Assembly (NCBI GenBank): GCA_035446285.1
Contig: DAOMSJ010000003.1
Location: 70,713 to 134,712, forward strand
DNA from: Anaerolineales bacterium
GTDB lineage: Bacteria; Chloroflexota; Anaerolineae; Anaerolineales; UBA11579
Direction: 5' to 3'
Length of the DNA: 64,000 bases
Each line of letters opens with the position of its first letter. The first letter of the stretch is position 1. Shown in pieces: positions 44,357 through 53,488 of this stretch. A program made the position numbers and the translations under genes. A model generated the notes under the pieces. That model was not told where the DNA came from, did not search any database, and was given only the letters and a program-made list of their open reading frames with translations.

Positions 44357-45594
44357 GCAAACCAGTGCAAAAACACCCTGCTCCGGCAAGTGCGCGCATT
44401 GAGCAGCAAAAAACAATTGTGCTACTGATCGCTGGCTTGCTGCTCTCGCTGGCGCTAACTTTTCTGTTCAACAGGGAAGAGAGTGTGCGTATGCGCGCCG
44501 ATCTCTTCCCCTTGTGGAACGCGAGCCGCGCCTTCCTGGATAGCGGAAGAAGCATCTACGATGTGCAAAACGGCACGGACATGCTGGCGCAGTTTAACAA
44601 CACCGTGCACCTGCATGATGGCTTGTTCTTCTACCCCGCCACAATACTGCTATTTATTCTGCCATTGGCGGCCCTGCCTTATGACGCAGCTCATTTCATT
44701 TGGACATTGTGTGTCCAGTGGATGTTTTATCTGGGTACCTGGTTGCTGATGGCCTCGGTGAACTGGCCTAAGAGCGTCAACCAGCGCACGCTTGTCCTGG
44801 TGCTGGGCATCGTGTCGATCCCAATTTGGCAGCACACCATCTGGTCACAGTTCAATGCGATCGCCACATTCAGCCTGGGTGCAAGCTACTGGGCCTTACG
44901 CAAGGGGCGTCTTGGCATGGCCGGCGCACTGGCAGCCGGCCTGACCTTCAAGCCCCAGGCAACGCTAGCCCCCCTGATTTTTTTGACAGTTTGGGCGCTG
45001 CTGGATCGCAAGCGCTGGCGTTTGCTCGCTAGCTTGGCCGCAGCCAGCCTGGGACTGTGGCTGTTTGCCGAGGCGCTGCAACCCGGCTGGGTAGCCGAGT
45101 TCCTCGCCATGATTCGGGTCTACGCCAACAGCCCACGCTACCCGATTGGCTCCATTACAGACCTGGTATGGAATCCATACCAGGTCACAACTGGCCTGCT
45201 GCTCTTAAGCATGCTGGCATTGACCCTGTTCTGGCGTCGCGCAGAACCCGGCTCCGCAGCCTTCTGCGCCATACTGGTATATAGCGTTGCGATTGGCTGG
45301 CTGAGCCTGCCAGTGCTGGGCATGATCCATCTGGTGACCGCGCCCGGTGTAGTAGTGTTGCTGCTGAGCGCTGTTGAAGAGCACAGTCGCACAGCAACTC
45401 GCAAAGCGCTATTTGGGATCCTGGCCTTGTATGCGGCTGGTATTGTGCTTTTCATCCTCGGCCTGCTGCGCCAGTATGGCTTGCATATTGAATGGACAGA
45501 ACTCGCATACAAGGCGTTGCTGCCCAGCTATCTCTGCGCCATAGCATTGTGGCTGCTGTTTCATATCCAAGCAAAGGGGCAGCGAGCCAAGTAG
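44353..45594 (+). CDS. GT-C type membrane glycosyltransferase-like protein (DUF2029/GT87-like), paralogue of the preceding gene
   Basis: ATGA overlap with the upstream gene. Polytopic, with LFPLWNASRAFLDSGRSIYD early-loop motif and FKPQA loop. Confidence 0.45.
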   Translation: MSKPVQKHPAPASARIEQQKTIVLLIAGLLLSLALTFLFNREESVRMRADLFPLWNASRAFLDSGRSIYDVQNGTDMLAQFNNTVHLHDGLFFYPATILLFILPLAALPYDAAHFIWTLCVQWMFYLGTWLLMASVNWPKSVNQRTLVLVLGIVSIPIWQHTIWSQFNAIATFSLGASYWALRKGRLGMAGALAAGLTFKPQATLAPLIFLTVWALLDRKRWRLLASLAAASLGLWLFAEALQPGWVAEFLAMIRVYANSPRYPIGSITDLVWNPYQVTTGLLLLSMLALTLFWRRAEPGSAAFCAILVYSVAIGWLSLPVLGMIHLVTAPGVVVLLLSAVEEHSRTATRKALFGILALYAAGIVLFILGLLRQYGLHIEWTELAYKALLPSYLCAIALWLLFHIQAKGQRAK

Positions 45595-45611
45595 AAGCCT
45601 TTGGCTGTGTT

Positions 45612-45620
45612 TGATATAAT
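45612..45620 (+). promoter_or_regulatory. Candidate extended -10 promoter (TGaTATAAT) for tRNA-Gly
   Basis: tgatataat ends 10 nt before tRNA position 1. Confidence 0.45.
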
Positions 45621-45630
45621 GCGGCTCATC

Positions 45631-45702
45631 GCGGGTGTCGCCAAGTGGTAAGGCACTTGCTTCCCAAGCAAGTATGCGTGGGTTCGAATCCCATCACCCG
45701 CT
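45631..45702 (+). tRNA. tRNA-Gly (anticodon CCC)
   Basis: Acceptor stem GCGGGTG/CACCCGC, anticodon arm CTTGC-TTCCCAA-GCAAG, T arm GTGGG-TTCGAAT-CCCAT, discriminator T. CCA is not encoded. Confidence 0.9.
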
Positions 45703-45835
45703 CCTCATGCATTATTTACTGCCAAAGCGAAGCTTTGGCTATAGCGAGCAAAGCGAGCGTACCTTCCAGGCACCCCAACCACATGAGTCTTGCAATTATG
45801 TGCAACCACTTGCCTTGTAGCGGGTTATATACTCA

Positions 45836-47308
45836 ATGCTGAAAGAACGACGCGCCAAAATTGTTGCCACCCTGGGCCCATCCAGCCAGGATAGCACCAC
45901 CCTTGAACGAATGATTGCCGCGGGCATGAGTGTTGCCCGCCTCAACTTCTCACACGGTACGCATGCAGAATACGCCGAGCTCATTCAACGCGTGCGTGCT
46001 GCCGCCGAAAAGCTCGATTCCCCGGTTGCCATTCTGCAAGACCTGCAAGGGCCTAAGATCCGCGTAGGCGATCTGGCCAACGGCAGCGTGGTGCTGACCC
46101 GCGGCGACTGGATAACCCTAAGCACGATTGACGACAGCGACGGAGCCATCCCGGTGGATTTTGCCGAGCTGCCGCGCTTCATCAGCAAGGGCAACCGCAT
46201 TCTGCTGGATGACGGCCGCCTGGAGCTGCGCGCAGGCGACGTGACCGAAACCACCATCCAGGCCGAAGTGGTTATCGGCGGCACGCTAAAGTCAAACAAG
46301 GGCATCAACCTGCCCGGCGCCTATATTGATGTGCCCGGGCTGACCCCAAAAGATGAGCAGGATCTGGCCAAGGGGCTAGAACTGGGCGTAGACATGGTGG
46401 CCATCTCCTTCGTGCGCACCGCCGATGATGTAAAGCGCGTGCGTGCCTTTATCAATGAGCACGCCCCGGCCCCAGACCGCATGGATGTGCCCATCATTGC
46501 CAAGCTGGAGCGCAGCGAGGCGCTGGAAAACCTTAACGAGATCGTAGAAGCCGCCAATGGCGTAATGGTGGCGCGCGGCGACCTGGGTGTTGAGCTACCG
46601 CCTGAGTATGTGCCCATTGCCCAGAAGCAAATCATCGATGCAGCCAACCAGGCCAGCAAGATTGTGATCACGGCCACGCAGATGCTGGAATCGATGATCC
46701 TCAACCCGCGCCCCACGCGTGCAGAAGCATCAGACGTGGCCAATGCCATCTTTGACGGCACAGACGCGGTGATGCTCTCCGGCGAAACTGCCATGGGCGG
46801 CTACCCTGTGGAGACGGTGCGCATGATGGAAGCCATCATCCACGAATCGGAGTTGCACCAGGCCAAATGGGGCCACTGGAAGGGCAGCGAACCCTCTGCC
46901 GAGCGCGAGGACGCCATCTCCATCACCCGCGCCGCACGCGAGCTGGCGCAAGATGTGAACGTGGCGGCCATCACCGTATTCACCGAGTCTGGCCGCACCG
47001 CCCTACTCATGTCCAAGTCTTTCCCGCGCGTGCCCATCCTCGCCCTCACCCCAGAGCGCAAGACCTACAACCGCATGGCGGTGTACGCTGGCGTGCTGCC
47101 CATCATGGTGGACCTCTCCCACAGCATTGATGAAATGCTTGAGAGCATTGAGAGCACCACGCTTGGCCTGCACGAGCTCAAACCGGGTCAAAAGGTGGTT
47201 GTGATTTCGGGCTATCCGATTGGTGACATGCGCCCCCCCAACCTGGTGATGCTGCACACCTTGGGGCAAGACCGCAATAAGCTGTACAAGCGCGAACCCA
47301 AGCAATAA
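45836..47308 (+). CDS. pyk: Pyruvate kinase
   Basis: RRAKIVATLGPS, MVARGDLGVE, and the TQMLESM signature. Confidence 0.95.
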   Translation: MLKERRAKIVATLGPSSQDSTTLERMIAAGMSVARLNFSHGTHAEYAELIQRVRAAAEKLDSPVAILQDLQGPKIRVGDLANGSVVLTRGDWITLSTIDDSDGAIPVDFAELPRFISKGNRILLDDGRLELRAGDVTETTIQAEVVIGGTLKSNKGINLPGAYIDVPGLTPKDEQDLAKGLELGVDMVAISFVRTADDVKRVRAFINEHAPAPDRMDVPIIAKLERSEALENLNEIVEAANGVMVARGDLGVELPPEYVPIAQKQIIDAANQASKIVITATQMLESMILNPRPTRAEASDVANAIFDGTDAVMLSGETAMGGYPVETVRMMEAIIHESELHQAKWGHWKGSEPSAEREDAISITRAARELAQDVNVAAITVFTESGRTALLMSKSFPRVPILALTPERKTYNRMAVYAGVLPIMVDLSHSIDEMLESIESTTLGLHELKPGQKVVVISGYPIGDMRPPNLVMLHTLGQDRNKLYKREPKQ

Positions 47309-47311
47309 CAA

Positions 47312-47340
47312 AACGGGCTGCCGATGGCAGCCCGTTCTAT
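47312..47340. terminator. Hairpin terminator between pyk and convergent membrane-protein gene
   Basis: aacgggctgcc-gat-ggcagcccgtt, an 11-bp stem. The T tract is weak. Confidence 0.55.
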
Positions 47341-48456
47341 TTACCAGCCTATGCGTTTGCGGTTCAGTGGAATTCCAGGAGAGGAGTGACGCCGCGCCAG
47401 CACGTAGGCTGTATACGCCAGCGCCACACCAGCCACGAGCAGAATGATGCCGTAAAGCATAAGGGGGCCACTGGCGTAGTCCAATGCGCCGCTGGCTACC
47501 GCACTACCAAGAATGGCCACGGCGCCGCTTTGTTGCAGCAAAGGGCCAGCAAGGAATACATCTATAAAGTGCAGCGAGAAAAAGCCCAGGCCCATTCCAA
47601 AGGCCAGGGTAATACCGCCCGCCAATAATGAAGGCCAACCCAACCAGCGCAACGTCTGAGGCAGCGAACGTGCCCCAAACAACACCCCTAGCAAACCCAC
47701 GCCGGCCACGGCCACCCAGCCCCATAGCAAGACTTGGCGTACGCGGATCAAGCCTTCCTTAAGGCCGGCCAACTGTTGGGGCGCGCCAGACAATTGGCTG
47801 AGCGCGCTCACATCAATGCTGGAAGGGGCAAACTGCAAGCTGGTGCCCAAAAGAACGCCAGCATTGTCCAAAATGGCAGAATAAAAAGGCTCCGGCGGGC
47901 GGCAGCCGCCAATTTGCTCCAGCAAGCCTTCCATAGACTGCAGCGCAGTCACGACCAGGTTGGCCGCCTCCTCCGCGGTGCATTGCGGTTGAGCGTCCAA
48001 CACAATGGCAAGCACTGGGCCGGCATTGGCTTCCATGTTGGCTTTCCACCCGTCTAGCTCTACGCGTATCTCAGGCAACTCGGCCTCGCCATCCATCCAG
48101 GCCGTATAGCCACTAACAATTTCTTCTACCGTGTCTTCCACCAGGCGAGGAGGCATGGTCAGCGCTGTGATGGCGCGCCAGTCGTCTTCAGTAAGCTCGC
48201 TGAGCGTATTGCGCACGAAGGCGTTGGGGAGCGAATCCTGGCCGCCCTGGGTGCGCAGCAGCATCTGCTGCGCAATCTGGCTGGCCAGCACCGAGGTCAT
48301 CTGCCCACCCATCAGGCTTTCGCGCACCATGGTCTTGGTGGCCTCAGCATCGAAGACGAGCTTGCCCACTTCGCGGAAGGCCAGGCTTATCGGGAGGAAG
48401 ACAACAAAGATGACGATGGCAACAATGCCAATCGGGCGGAAAATATACTGCTGCAA
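47341..48456 (-). CDS. Hypothetical membrane protein (N-terminal TM, large extracytoplasmic region, C-terminal multi-TM)
   Basis: Start assigned to TTG 48456, preceded by GGAGGG. The longer ORF-track version overlaps the EamA gene by 118 nt. Confidence 0.45.
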   Translation of the reverse strand: MQQYIFRPIGIVAIVIFVVFLPISLAFREVGKLVFDAEATKTMVRESLMGGQMTSVLASQIAQQMLLRTQGGQDSLPNAFVRNTLSELTEDDWRAITALTMPPRLVEDTVEEIVSGYTAWMDGEAELPEIRVELDGWKANMEANAGPVLAIVLDAQPQCTAEEAANLVVTALQSMEGLLEQIGGCRPPEPFYSAILDNAGVLLGTSLQFAPSSIDVSALSQLSGAPQQLAGLKEGLIRVRQVLLWGWVAVAGVGLLGVLFGARSLPQTLRWLGWPSLLAGGITLAFGMGLGFFSLHFIDVFLAGPLLQQSGAVAILGSAVASGALDYASGPLMLYGIILLVAGVALAYTAYVLARRHSSPGIPLNRKRIGW

Positions 48457-48481
48457 AGGGACCCTCCAAGGAGCGGGCGAA

Positions 48482-49375
48482 CTATTCGATTCTATCGCCC
48501 CGTGAAGCCACCCACAAGCAGAGCAAGATGAGTGCTGCACCCCAGGCAAATTGAGCCGTAAAACGTTCACCCAACAGCAGAATGCCCAGCCCGGCTCCAA
48601 CCAGAGGTTGTGCGAAAAAGGTCATCGAAGCCGTGCGCGCTGGGAGCAGCGCAAAGGCGTTATTCCACAAGTAGGATGCCACGGCGGTAGACACGATACC
48701 TAAGTAGAGGATACCCAGCCAGATGGCGGGTGTTATCTCGGGTAGCGCAGCACCTGCCAGTTCCTTAGCGCTCATCGGTACAGTAAAAAGCAAGCCACTG
48801 GCCAGCGCTACCAAAGTCAGTGGGTATACTGGCACACGCGCGGCCAGTTGGCGCACACGAGAGGAATACAGCGCCCAGGTCAGCGCCGCCCCCACCAGGA
48901 ACAGGTTGCCAGTCATCTTCTCGCTACTGAGATCCGCCTGGCGTGGGTCAAGGATCAACAGGATGCTGAGCAGTGAAACCAAGAGTACAAACACTTGCCG
49001 CCAGCCGGCAGGTTCTTTCAGCATCAACCATGCGGTCACAAAAATGATGGCGGGCGTAAGGGAAGTGATGATGGCGCCATTGCTGGCTGTGGAAAGCTGC
49101 GTTCCAAGAAATTGAAACCCCAGCGAAATGCCGTATCCTAAAACTCCCAGTATTATCAAGTTGCGCCAGTCTGCTCGGTTGAGTGCAGGCCATGCGATAC
49201 CACGCAGTCGCATCCACAAAGCCAGGCTGCCGACACCCAGCACCAAACGCAGCGTGAGCAATGTAAACGGTGGCACTACTTCAAGCACCACTTTGCTAAC
49301 AACATACATGCCGCCCCACATGGAGGCGGCAAGTATTCCTGAGACGATACCGACGCGGCGTTGAACCAGATCCAT
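48482..49375 (-). CDS. EamA/DMT family transporter
   Basis: 10 TM helices in two EamA-type halves. Confidence 0.8.
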   Translation of the reverse strand: MDLVQRRVGIVSGILAASMWGGMYVVSKVVLEVVPPFTLLTLRLVLGVGSLALWMRLRGIAWPALNRADWRNLIILGVLGYGISLGFQFLGTQLSTASNGAIITSLTPAIIFVTAWLMLKEPAGWRQVFVLLVSLLSILLILDPRQADLSSEKMTGNLFLVGAALTWALYSSRVRQLAARVPVYPLTLVALASGLLFTVPMSAKELAGAALPEITPAIWLGILYLGIVSTAVASYLWNNAFALLPARTASMTFFAQPLVGAGLGILLLGERFTAQFAWGAALILLCLWVASRGDRIE

Positions 49376-49437
49376 ATGCTTGAAAAGAAGAATAGTGGGG
49401 AACTATAACATCCTTGCTTTGTACTGCTTTGACACAG

Positions 49438-50268
49438 CTATGCCAGTTCAGCTCTCAGTGCCTGCAGCACAGGGATGGCTTGGGCGATGCGCATACCGGG
49501 CCAGGTGAGCAGGCTCCCGTCTATCAGCCTGATGCGCTCAGCCGCCAGCTGCCCACCCAGCGCACCGGCCAAGTGCTGGGTATCTGCCGCTGCAAAGGCA
49601 TACGGCTCCGAGGGCAGCAGCGCGGCCCGTGGCCCTGCCGCGGCAATCTCGGCGGCGGTCACACGCGGGTAGCGCGTGTCGCGCCCTTCGGCTGGCTTGG
49701 CAGGCTCGCTGCCAAGGTCAGCCGCCAACGGATAGCGGCGTTCACGCGCAGTGAAGATGCTCTGAAAGCCACACAGCGTCAGTACATCATGGGTAAAGGT
49801 GTGCTGGTTGAAAGTCATCCACCACTCTGGCAAGCCAGGCTGATACCAGATGGGCACAAAGACTGGCAGCCCGGCTGGGTTGCGCTGGCGGGTTACGGCA
49901 ACCTGCTCGGCCAGCAGATCCACCTGAGCCTGAGCAGCATGGCTGCCAAACAAGGCGGCCATGCTGGCCAGATCCGCCACGGCCTGTTGCACAGTCAGCG
50001 GAAAATGGACGATGACGTTGAGGCCAGCTGCTCGCAGCCCCTCTACGGCAGCCTGGGTATTCTCCTCCTGATTGGCGAAGACTACGTCTGGCTGGAGCGC
50101 CACAATCTCTTCCAGGCGCGGATTCTTGGTGCCGCCGATGCGCGGCAGGCTCTCCAATGGTTCCGCCGGGTAGATGCAATAGTCGGTAATGCCGACAACA
50201 ACTTCGCCAAAGCCGAGCTCGAATAGACTCTCAGTAATAGAGGGGACCAAGGATACGACACGGCGCAT
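49438..50268 (-). CDS. Cobalamin/siderophore-type (BtuF-like, class III) substrate-binding protein without signal peptide
   Basis: RVVSLVPSITESLFELG...VVGITDYCIYP start is typical of the PF01497 family. No leader peptide or lipobox, and no adjacent ABC permease or ATPase. Confidence 0.65.
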   Translation of the reverse strand: MRRVVSLVPSITESLFELGFGEVVVGITDYCIYPAEPLESLPRIGGTKNPRLEEIVALQPDVVFANQEENTQAAVEGLRAAGLNVIVHFPLTVQQAVADLASMAALFGSHAAQAQVDLLAEQVAVTRQRNPAGLPVFVPIWYQPGLPEWWMTFNQHTFTHDVLTLCGFQSIFTARERRYPLAADLGSEPAKPAEGRDTRYPRVTAAEIAAAGPRAALLPSEPYAFAAADTQHLAGALGGQLAAERIRLIDGSLLTWPGMRIAQAIPVLQALRAELA

Positions 50269-50390
50269 TAGCGCAAGTATACAAGCCGCCCCGCTGCATC
50301 CTCCTTCGCTATTAAATCGACAAAATTAGCCTTCCCTAATCTGGGTCTTAGATGGCCAGCCTATACTGTATCAACCTGAGGAGGTGTGAA

Positions 50391-50831
50391 ATGAATTCGC
50401 TTTCCCGCACAAGTACTTTAGTCATTCTCATGCTTTTGCTTACCGCCTGCGCCAGCAGCCCACCCGCCACAGAAGCCCCTACTCCCGCTGAAGCAACCGA
50501 ACCTAGCGACAACCCCACTGAGACAGCGGCTGCGACCCAAGAAGAGGCCGAGGGCAGCAGCGCGGATGGCGCCACAGTAGCCATCGCCAACTTTTCATTT
50601 GGCCCTGATACGCTCACCGTGAAGGCTGGCACCACGGTCACCTGGCGCAACAACGAAGACGCTCCGCACACGGTCACTGCCGATGACGAGAGTTTCAGCA
50701 GCAGTACGTTGAGCCAAGGGGATAGCTTCAGCTTCACTTTTGAGACCCCGGGCACCTACGACTATCATTGCCAGTTCCATGGCGGCGCTGGGCATACCGG
50801 CATGTCCGGCACAATTATCGTAGAAGAATAG
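50391..50831 (+). CDS. Cupredoxin (plastocyanin/amicyanin-like blue copper) lipoprotein
   Basis: GGAGG SD, lipobox LLLTAC, and Cu ligands in the APHTV...YDYHCQFHGGAGHTGM pattern. Confidence 0.8.
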   Translation: MNSLSRTSTLVILMLLLTACASSPPATEAPTPAEATEPSDNPTETAAATQEEAEGSSADGATVAIANFSFGPDTLTVKAGTTVTWRNNEDAPHTVTADDESFSSSTLSQGDSFSFTFETPGTYDYHCQFHGGAGHTGMSGTIIVEE

Positions 50832-50844
50832 TTCACAGCCACAC

Positions 50845-50877
50845 ATAAAAAACGCCCGCTGTTGCGGGCGTTTTTTA
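50845..50877. terminator. Bidirectional intrinsic terminator (cupredoxin / PSP1 gene)
   Basis: aaaaaa-cgcccgc-tgtt-gcgggcg-ttttt. Confidence 0.8.
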
Positions 50878-51843
50878 TTAGTCGTCAGTCTTCTTCTGGG
50901 CCGTGTTGTAGTTAGCCTTGCCGCAGTCGCAGCCGCCGTTCTCGTGGCGATCACACGGGGCTTCGCTCTTGCGACGCAGCGCCTCAAGCTCATCCCAGGG
51001 TTCGATCTCATGCTTGAGGAACTCGGCACGCTTGCCCTCTGGCAACGAGACCAGCACTGCCTGCTTGAGCGGCACGACATCGATCACCTTGCCGCGGCCG
51101 AGCGGGGTTTGCACTTCTTTGCCACGCTTGGGCAGAGTCTTGCGGGCTTCTACGTACTGCTCGTATTCGTAGATAAGGCAGCAGCGCAAGCGGCCACACA
51201 TGCCAGTGATCTCACCTGGGTCGAGCGAGATGCCCTGGGCCTTGGCCATCTTGATCGAGATGGGACTGAAGTCCGTCAGGAAGGTGGAGCAGCAACGGCT
51301 CTCCAGGCCGCAAGCGCCCATGCCGCCCAGGATCTTGGCGACATCACGCGGGCCAATGCGGCGCATCTCAATGTTGGTGTTCTTGTACAGCTTGAGCATC
51401 TCTTTGCGCAGCTTGCCCAAGTCAACATCTTTATCTTCTTCGGTGTTGTACATGAAGGTGAGCATCTTGCGGTCAAAGCTGAACTCTGCTTTGACGATCT
51501 TGACGCCCTTGTAATTCAGTTTGGAGGCCGAGGCACGCGCCTCGATCATGGCCTCCACTTCTTTTTTCTGAATGTTCTTGTGCACCTCAAGATCGCCGAC
51601 AGAGGCTTTGCGCTCGATAGGCTTCCAGGTGCCTTGCTGTGGGGGTGCGGGCGGCTCCTCAAGACGCTGCACCACCTGGCCGATCTGCACGCCGCGGCTG
51701 GTCTCAACAATGGCATAGTCGCCAGGTTTGAGCTCAGGCTCTTTGCTGGCATCAAAGTGATACAGCTTGCCAATCTTTTGAAAACGTATGCCAACGATGA
51801 GCGGGTTTTGCACCTGCTCCGTAGGCTGTGGCGAATCAGTCAT
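50878..51843 (-). CDS. PSP1 domain protein (RicT/YaaT-like)
   Basis: The PSP1 C-terminal domain pattern is conserved throughout. Cys cluster CGLESRCC...CGRLRCCL. Confidence 0.85.
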   Translation of the reverse strand: MTDSPQPTEQVQNPLIVGIRFQKIGKLYHFDASKEPELKPGDYAIVETSRGVQIGQVVQRLEEPPAPPQQGTWKPIERKASVGDLEVHKNIQKKEVEAMIEARASASKLNYKGVKIVKAEFSFDRKMLTFMYNTEEDKDVDLGKLRKEMLKLYKNTNIEMRRIGPRDVAKILGGMGACGLESRCCSTFLTDFSPISIKMAKAQGISLDPGEITGMCGRLRCCLIYEYEQYVEARKTLPKRGKEVQTPLGRGKVIDVVPLKQAVLVSLPEGKRAEFLKHEIEPWDELEALRRKSEAPCDRHENGGCDCGKANYNTAQKKTDD

Positions 51844-51891
51844 GTTGTTATCGCTGGGGTGTTACACCCACAGCGCACCTTTCTGTTTTTA

Positions 51892-51972
51892 GTGAATAGT
51901 AAACAGTGATTAGTGAGCAGGAAAACCCGTTGGCACATGCCTGTTCACTGGCCCCTATTCACTGCTCACTCG
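51892..51972. repeat. Heptamer inverted array (TGAATAG TAAACAG TGATTAG TGAGCAG ... CTGTTCA CTGGCCC CTATTCA CTGCTCA)
   Basis: Read directly. The right arm covers the stop codon of the Mrp gene. Confidence 0.8.
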
Positions 51973-53048
51973 ATTTTAATGGAAAATGCCTGACTTTGCG
52001 CAGCCAGTGCAGCTACGGATGTACGCAGGGCAATATCGGCGGCAATCTCGGTCAACGCCTTGGCAGCAGGCGAATCCGGGTGGCCGATCACGATGGGCTT
52101 CCCGCCGTCACCGCCGGCGCGCACATCGGGTTCCATGGGGATAGCGCCAATGAAGGGCACGCCGAACTCATCAGCCAGCGATTCACCGCCACCCTTGCCG
52201 AAGACCTCCATACGCTTGCCATCCGCCAGCTCAAGATAGCTCATGTTCTCCACTACGCCCATCAGCGGCACGCGCAGCTGGCGGAACATCTCGGCGCCAC
52301 GGCGCGCATCGTCAATGGAGACTTTCTGCGGCAGGGTGACGATGACGCCGGCGCTCAGCGGCGTGGTTTGTGCCAGGCTCAACTGCACATCACCAGTACC
52401 CGGCGGCATGTCAACGACCAGATAATCAATATCGCCCCACTCCACATCATTGATGAACTGGCGAATAGCGTTGTGCAGCATGGGGCCACGCCACACCATG
52501 GCCTGCTCCGGCTTGACCAGGAAGCCGATCGACATCATCTTGACGCCGTAGGCTTCGGCTGGCAGCAGGTGGCCGCTGGCATCCGGGGGTGCGGGCAGGT
52601 GCTTTACGCCCATCATGGTAGGTACATTGGGGCCATACACGTCTGAGTCGAGCAGGCCGACCTTGGCGCCCGCCTTGGCGAGCGCAGTGGCGACGTTGAC
52701 CGAGACGGTGCTCTTGCCTACCCCGCCCTTGCCGGAGGCGATGGCCACTACGTTCTTAACGCCGGAGGCATAGCCAGCCCGCGGGCGGCCGTCACCGGGA
52801 ACTTGCAGCACGAAGTCAAGCTCAATCTGCTTGGCGCCAGCCTTCTCCAGCGCTTTGCGCACATCCTTCTCGATCTCCGCCTGGAAGGGATGGTTGGGAC
52901 TAATCAGCGCCAGGGTGAGCACAACACGCTCCCCGCTGACCTCAAGTTTCTGCACCGCATTCAGAAGTACAAAGTCTTTCTGAACGGCAGGCTCTTTTAC
53001 TTTGGCAAGAGCGGCCAATACAGTTTCGTTGGTGAGTTCTTTGGACAT
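51966..53048 (-). CDS. apbC: Mrp/NBP35/ApbC family Fe-S cluster carrier ATPase
   Basis: N-terminal DUF59-like domain, deviant Walker A IASGKGGVGKSTV, and the CxxC-equivalent region of the Mrp family. Confidence 0.9.
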   Translation of the reverse strand: MSKELTNETVLAALAKVKEPAVQKDFVLLNAVQKLEVSGERVVLTLALISPNHPFQAEIEKDVRKALEKAGAKQIELDFVLQVPGDGRPRAGYASGVKNVVAIASGKGGVGKSTVSVNVATALAKAGAKVGLLDSDVYGPNVPTMMGVKHLPAPPDASGHLLPAEAYGVKMMSIGFLVKPEQAMVWRGPMLHNAIRQFINDVEWGDIDYLVVDMPPGTGDVQLSLAQTTPLSAGVIVTLPQKVSIDDARRGAEMFRQLRVPLMGVVENMSYLELADGKRMEVFGKGGGESLADEFGVPFIGAIPMEPDVRAGGDGGKPIVIGHPDSPAAKALTEIAADIALRTSVAALAAQSQAFSIKIE

Positions 53049-53082
53049 AGGATGAATTCTAACCTTGTGGTGATAGTTAACA

Positions 53083-53124
53083 GAGATTTGAGAATAGAGA
53101 TTGCAATCTCTATTCTCAAATCTC
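53083..53124. repeat. Perfect 42-nt palindrome of 3+3 heptamers (GAGATTT GAGAATA GAGATTG / CAATCTC TATTCTC AAATCTC)
   Basis: Read directly. Overlaps the stop codon (53116-53118) of the Cys-rich ORF. Confidence 0.9.
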
Positions 53125-53430
53125 CCCTAACTCTTTGGCTGCCTTCTCGATCTGTTTGAGCAGCGCCTTCTCGCCACCTTTGTAGCGGCGCACATTATCT
53201 TGCGCACAGGCGGTGCAACCCTTCATGGCGCGGAACGAATCGGCGTTGCAGTTGTGGCAACCGTTGACGCGTGCCATGGCCAGCACAAACACCACGGCCT
53301 CCTGCCCATCTGGGCCGGCCTTGTAGGCTTTTTGCGCGGCGTCACGCCAGGCCTCTCCGTGCAGATCGCGGATGGCTGGCGTGACGCGCAGGGGATACAG
53401 CAGTTCGGTATCTTCGTTGTACATATGCAT
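53116..53430 (-). CDS. Hypothetical Cys-rich 104-aa protein
   Basis: Four-Cys pattern NGCHNC...GCTAC. Lies between nuoI and the Mrp gene on the same strand. No family recognised. Confidence 0.45.
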   Translation of the reverse strand: MHMYNEDTELLYPLRVTPAIRDLHGEAWRDAAQKAYKAGPDGQEAVVFVLAMARVNGCHNCNADSFRAMKGCTACAQDNVRRYKGGEKALLKQIEKAAKELGEI

Positions 53431-53488
53431 TTACAACGAAGCGAGGCATAACCTCGCTTCGTGTACTTTCTGTGAAACTGGCAGCCTG

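Noticed and set aside
45635-45842. 61- and 65-aa ORFs overlapping tRNA-Gly
   Set aside because: They run through the tRNA gene. The tRNA cloverleaf is unambiguous.
50269-50351. Cobalamin riboswitch upstream of the BtuF-like gene
   Set aside because: The gap is only about 80 nt and shows no B12-box-like sequence. That is too short for the aptamer of about 200 nt.
50944-51909. 321-aa plus-strand ORF
   Set aside because: Antisense shadow of the PSP1/RicT-like gene.
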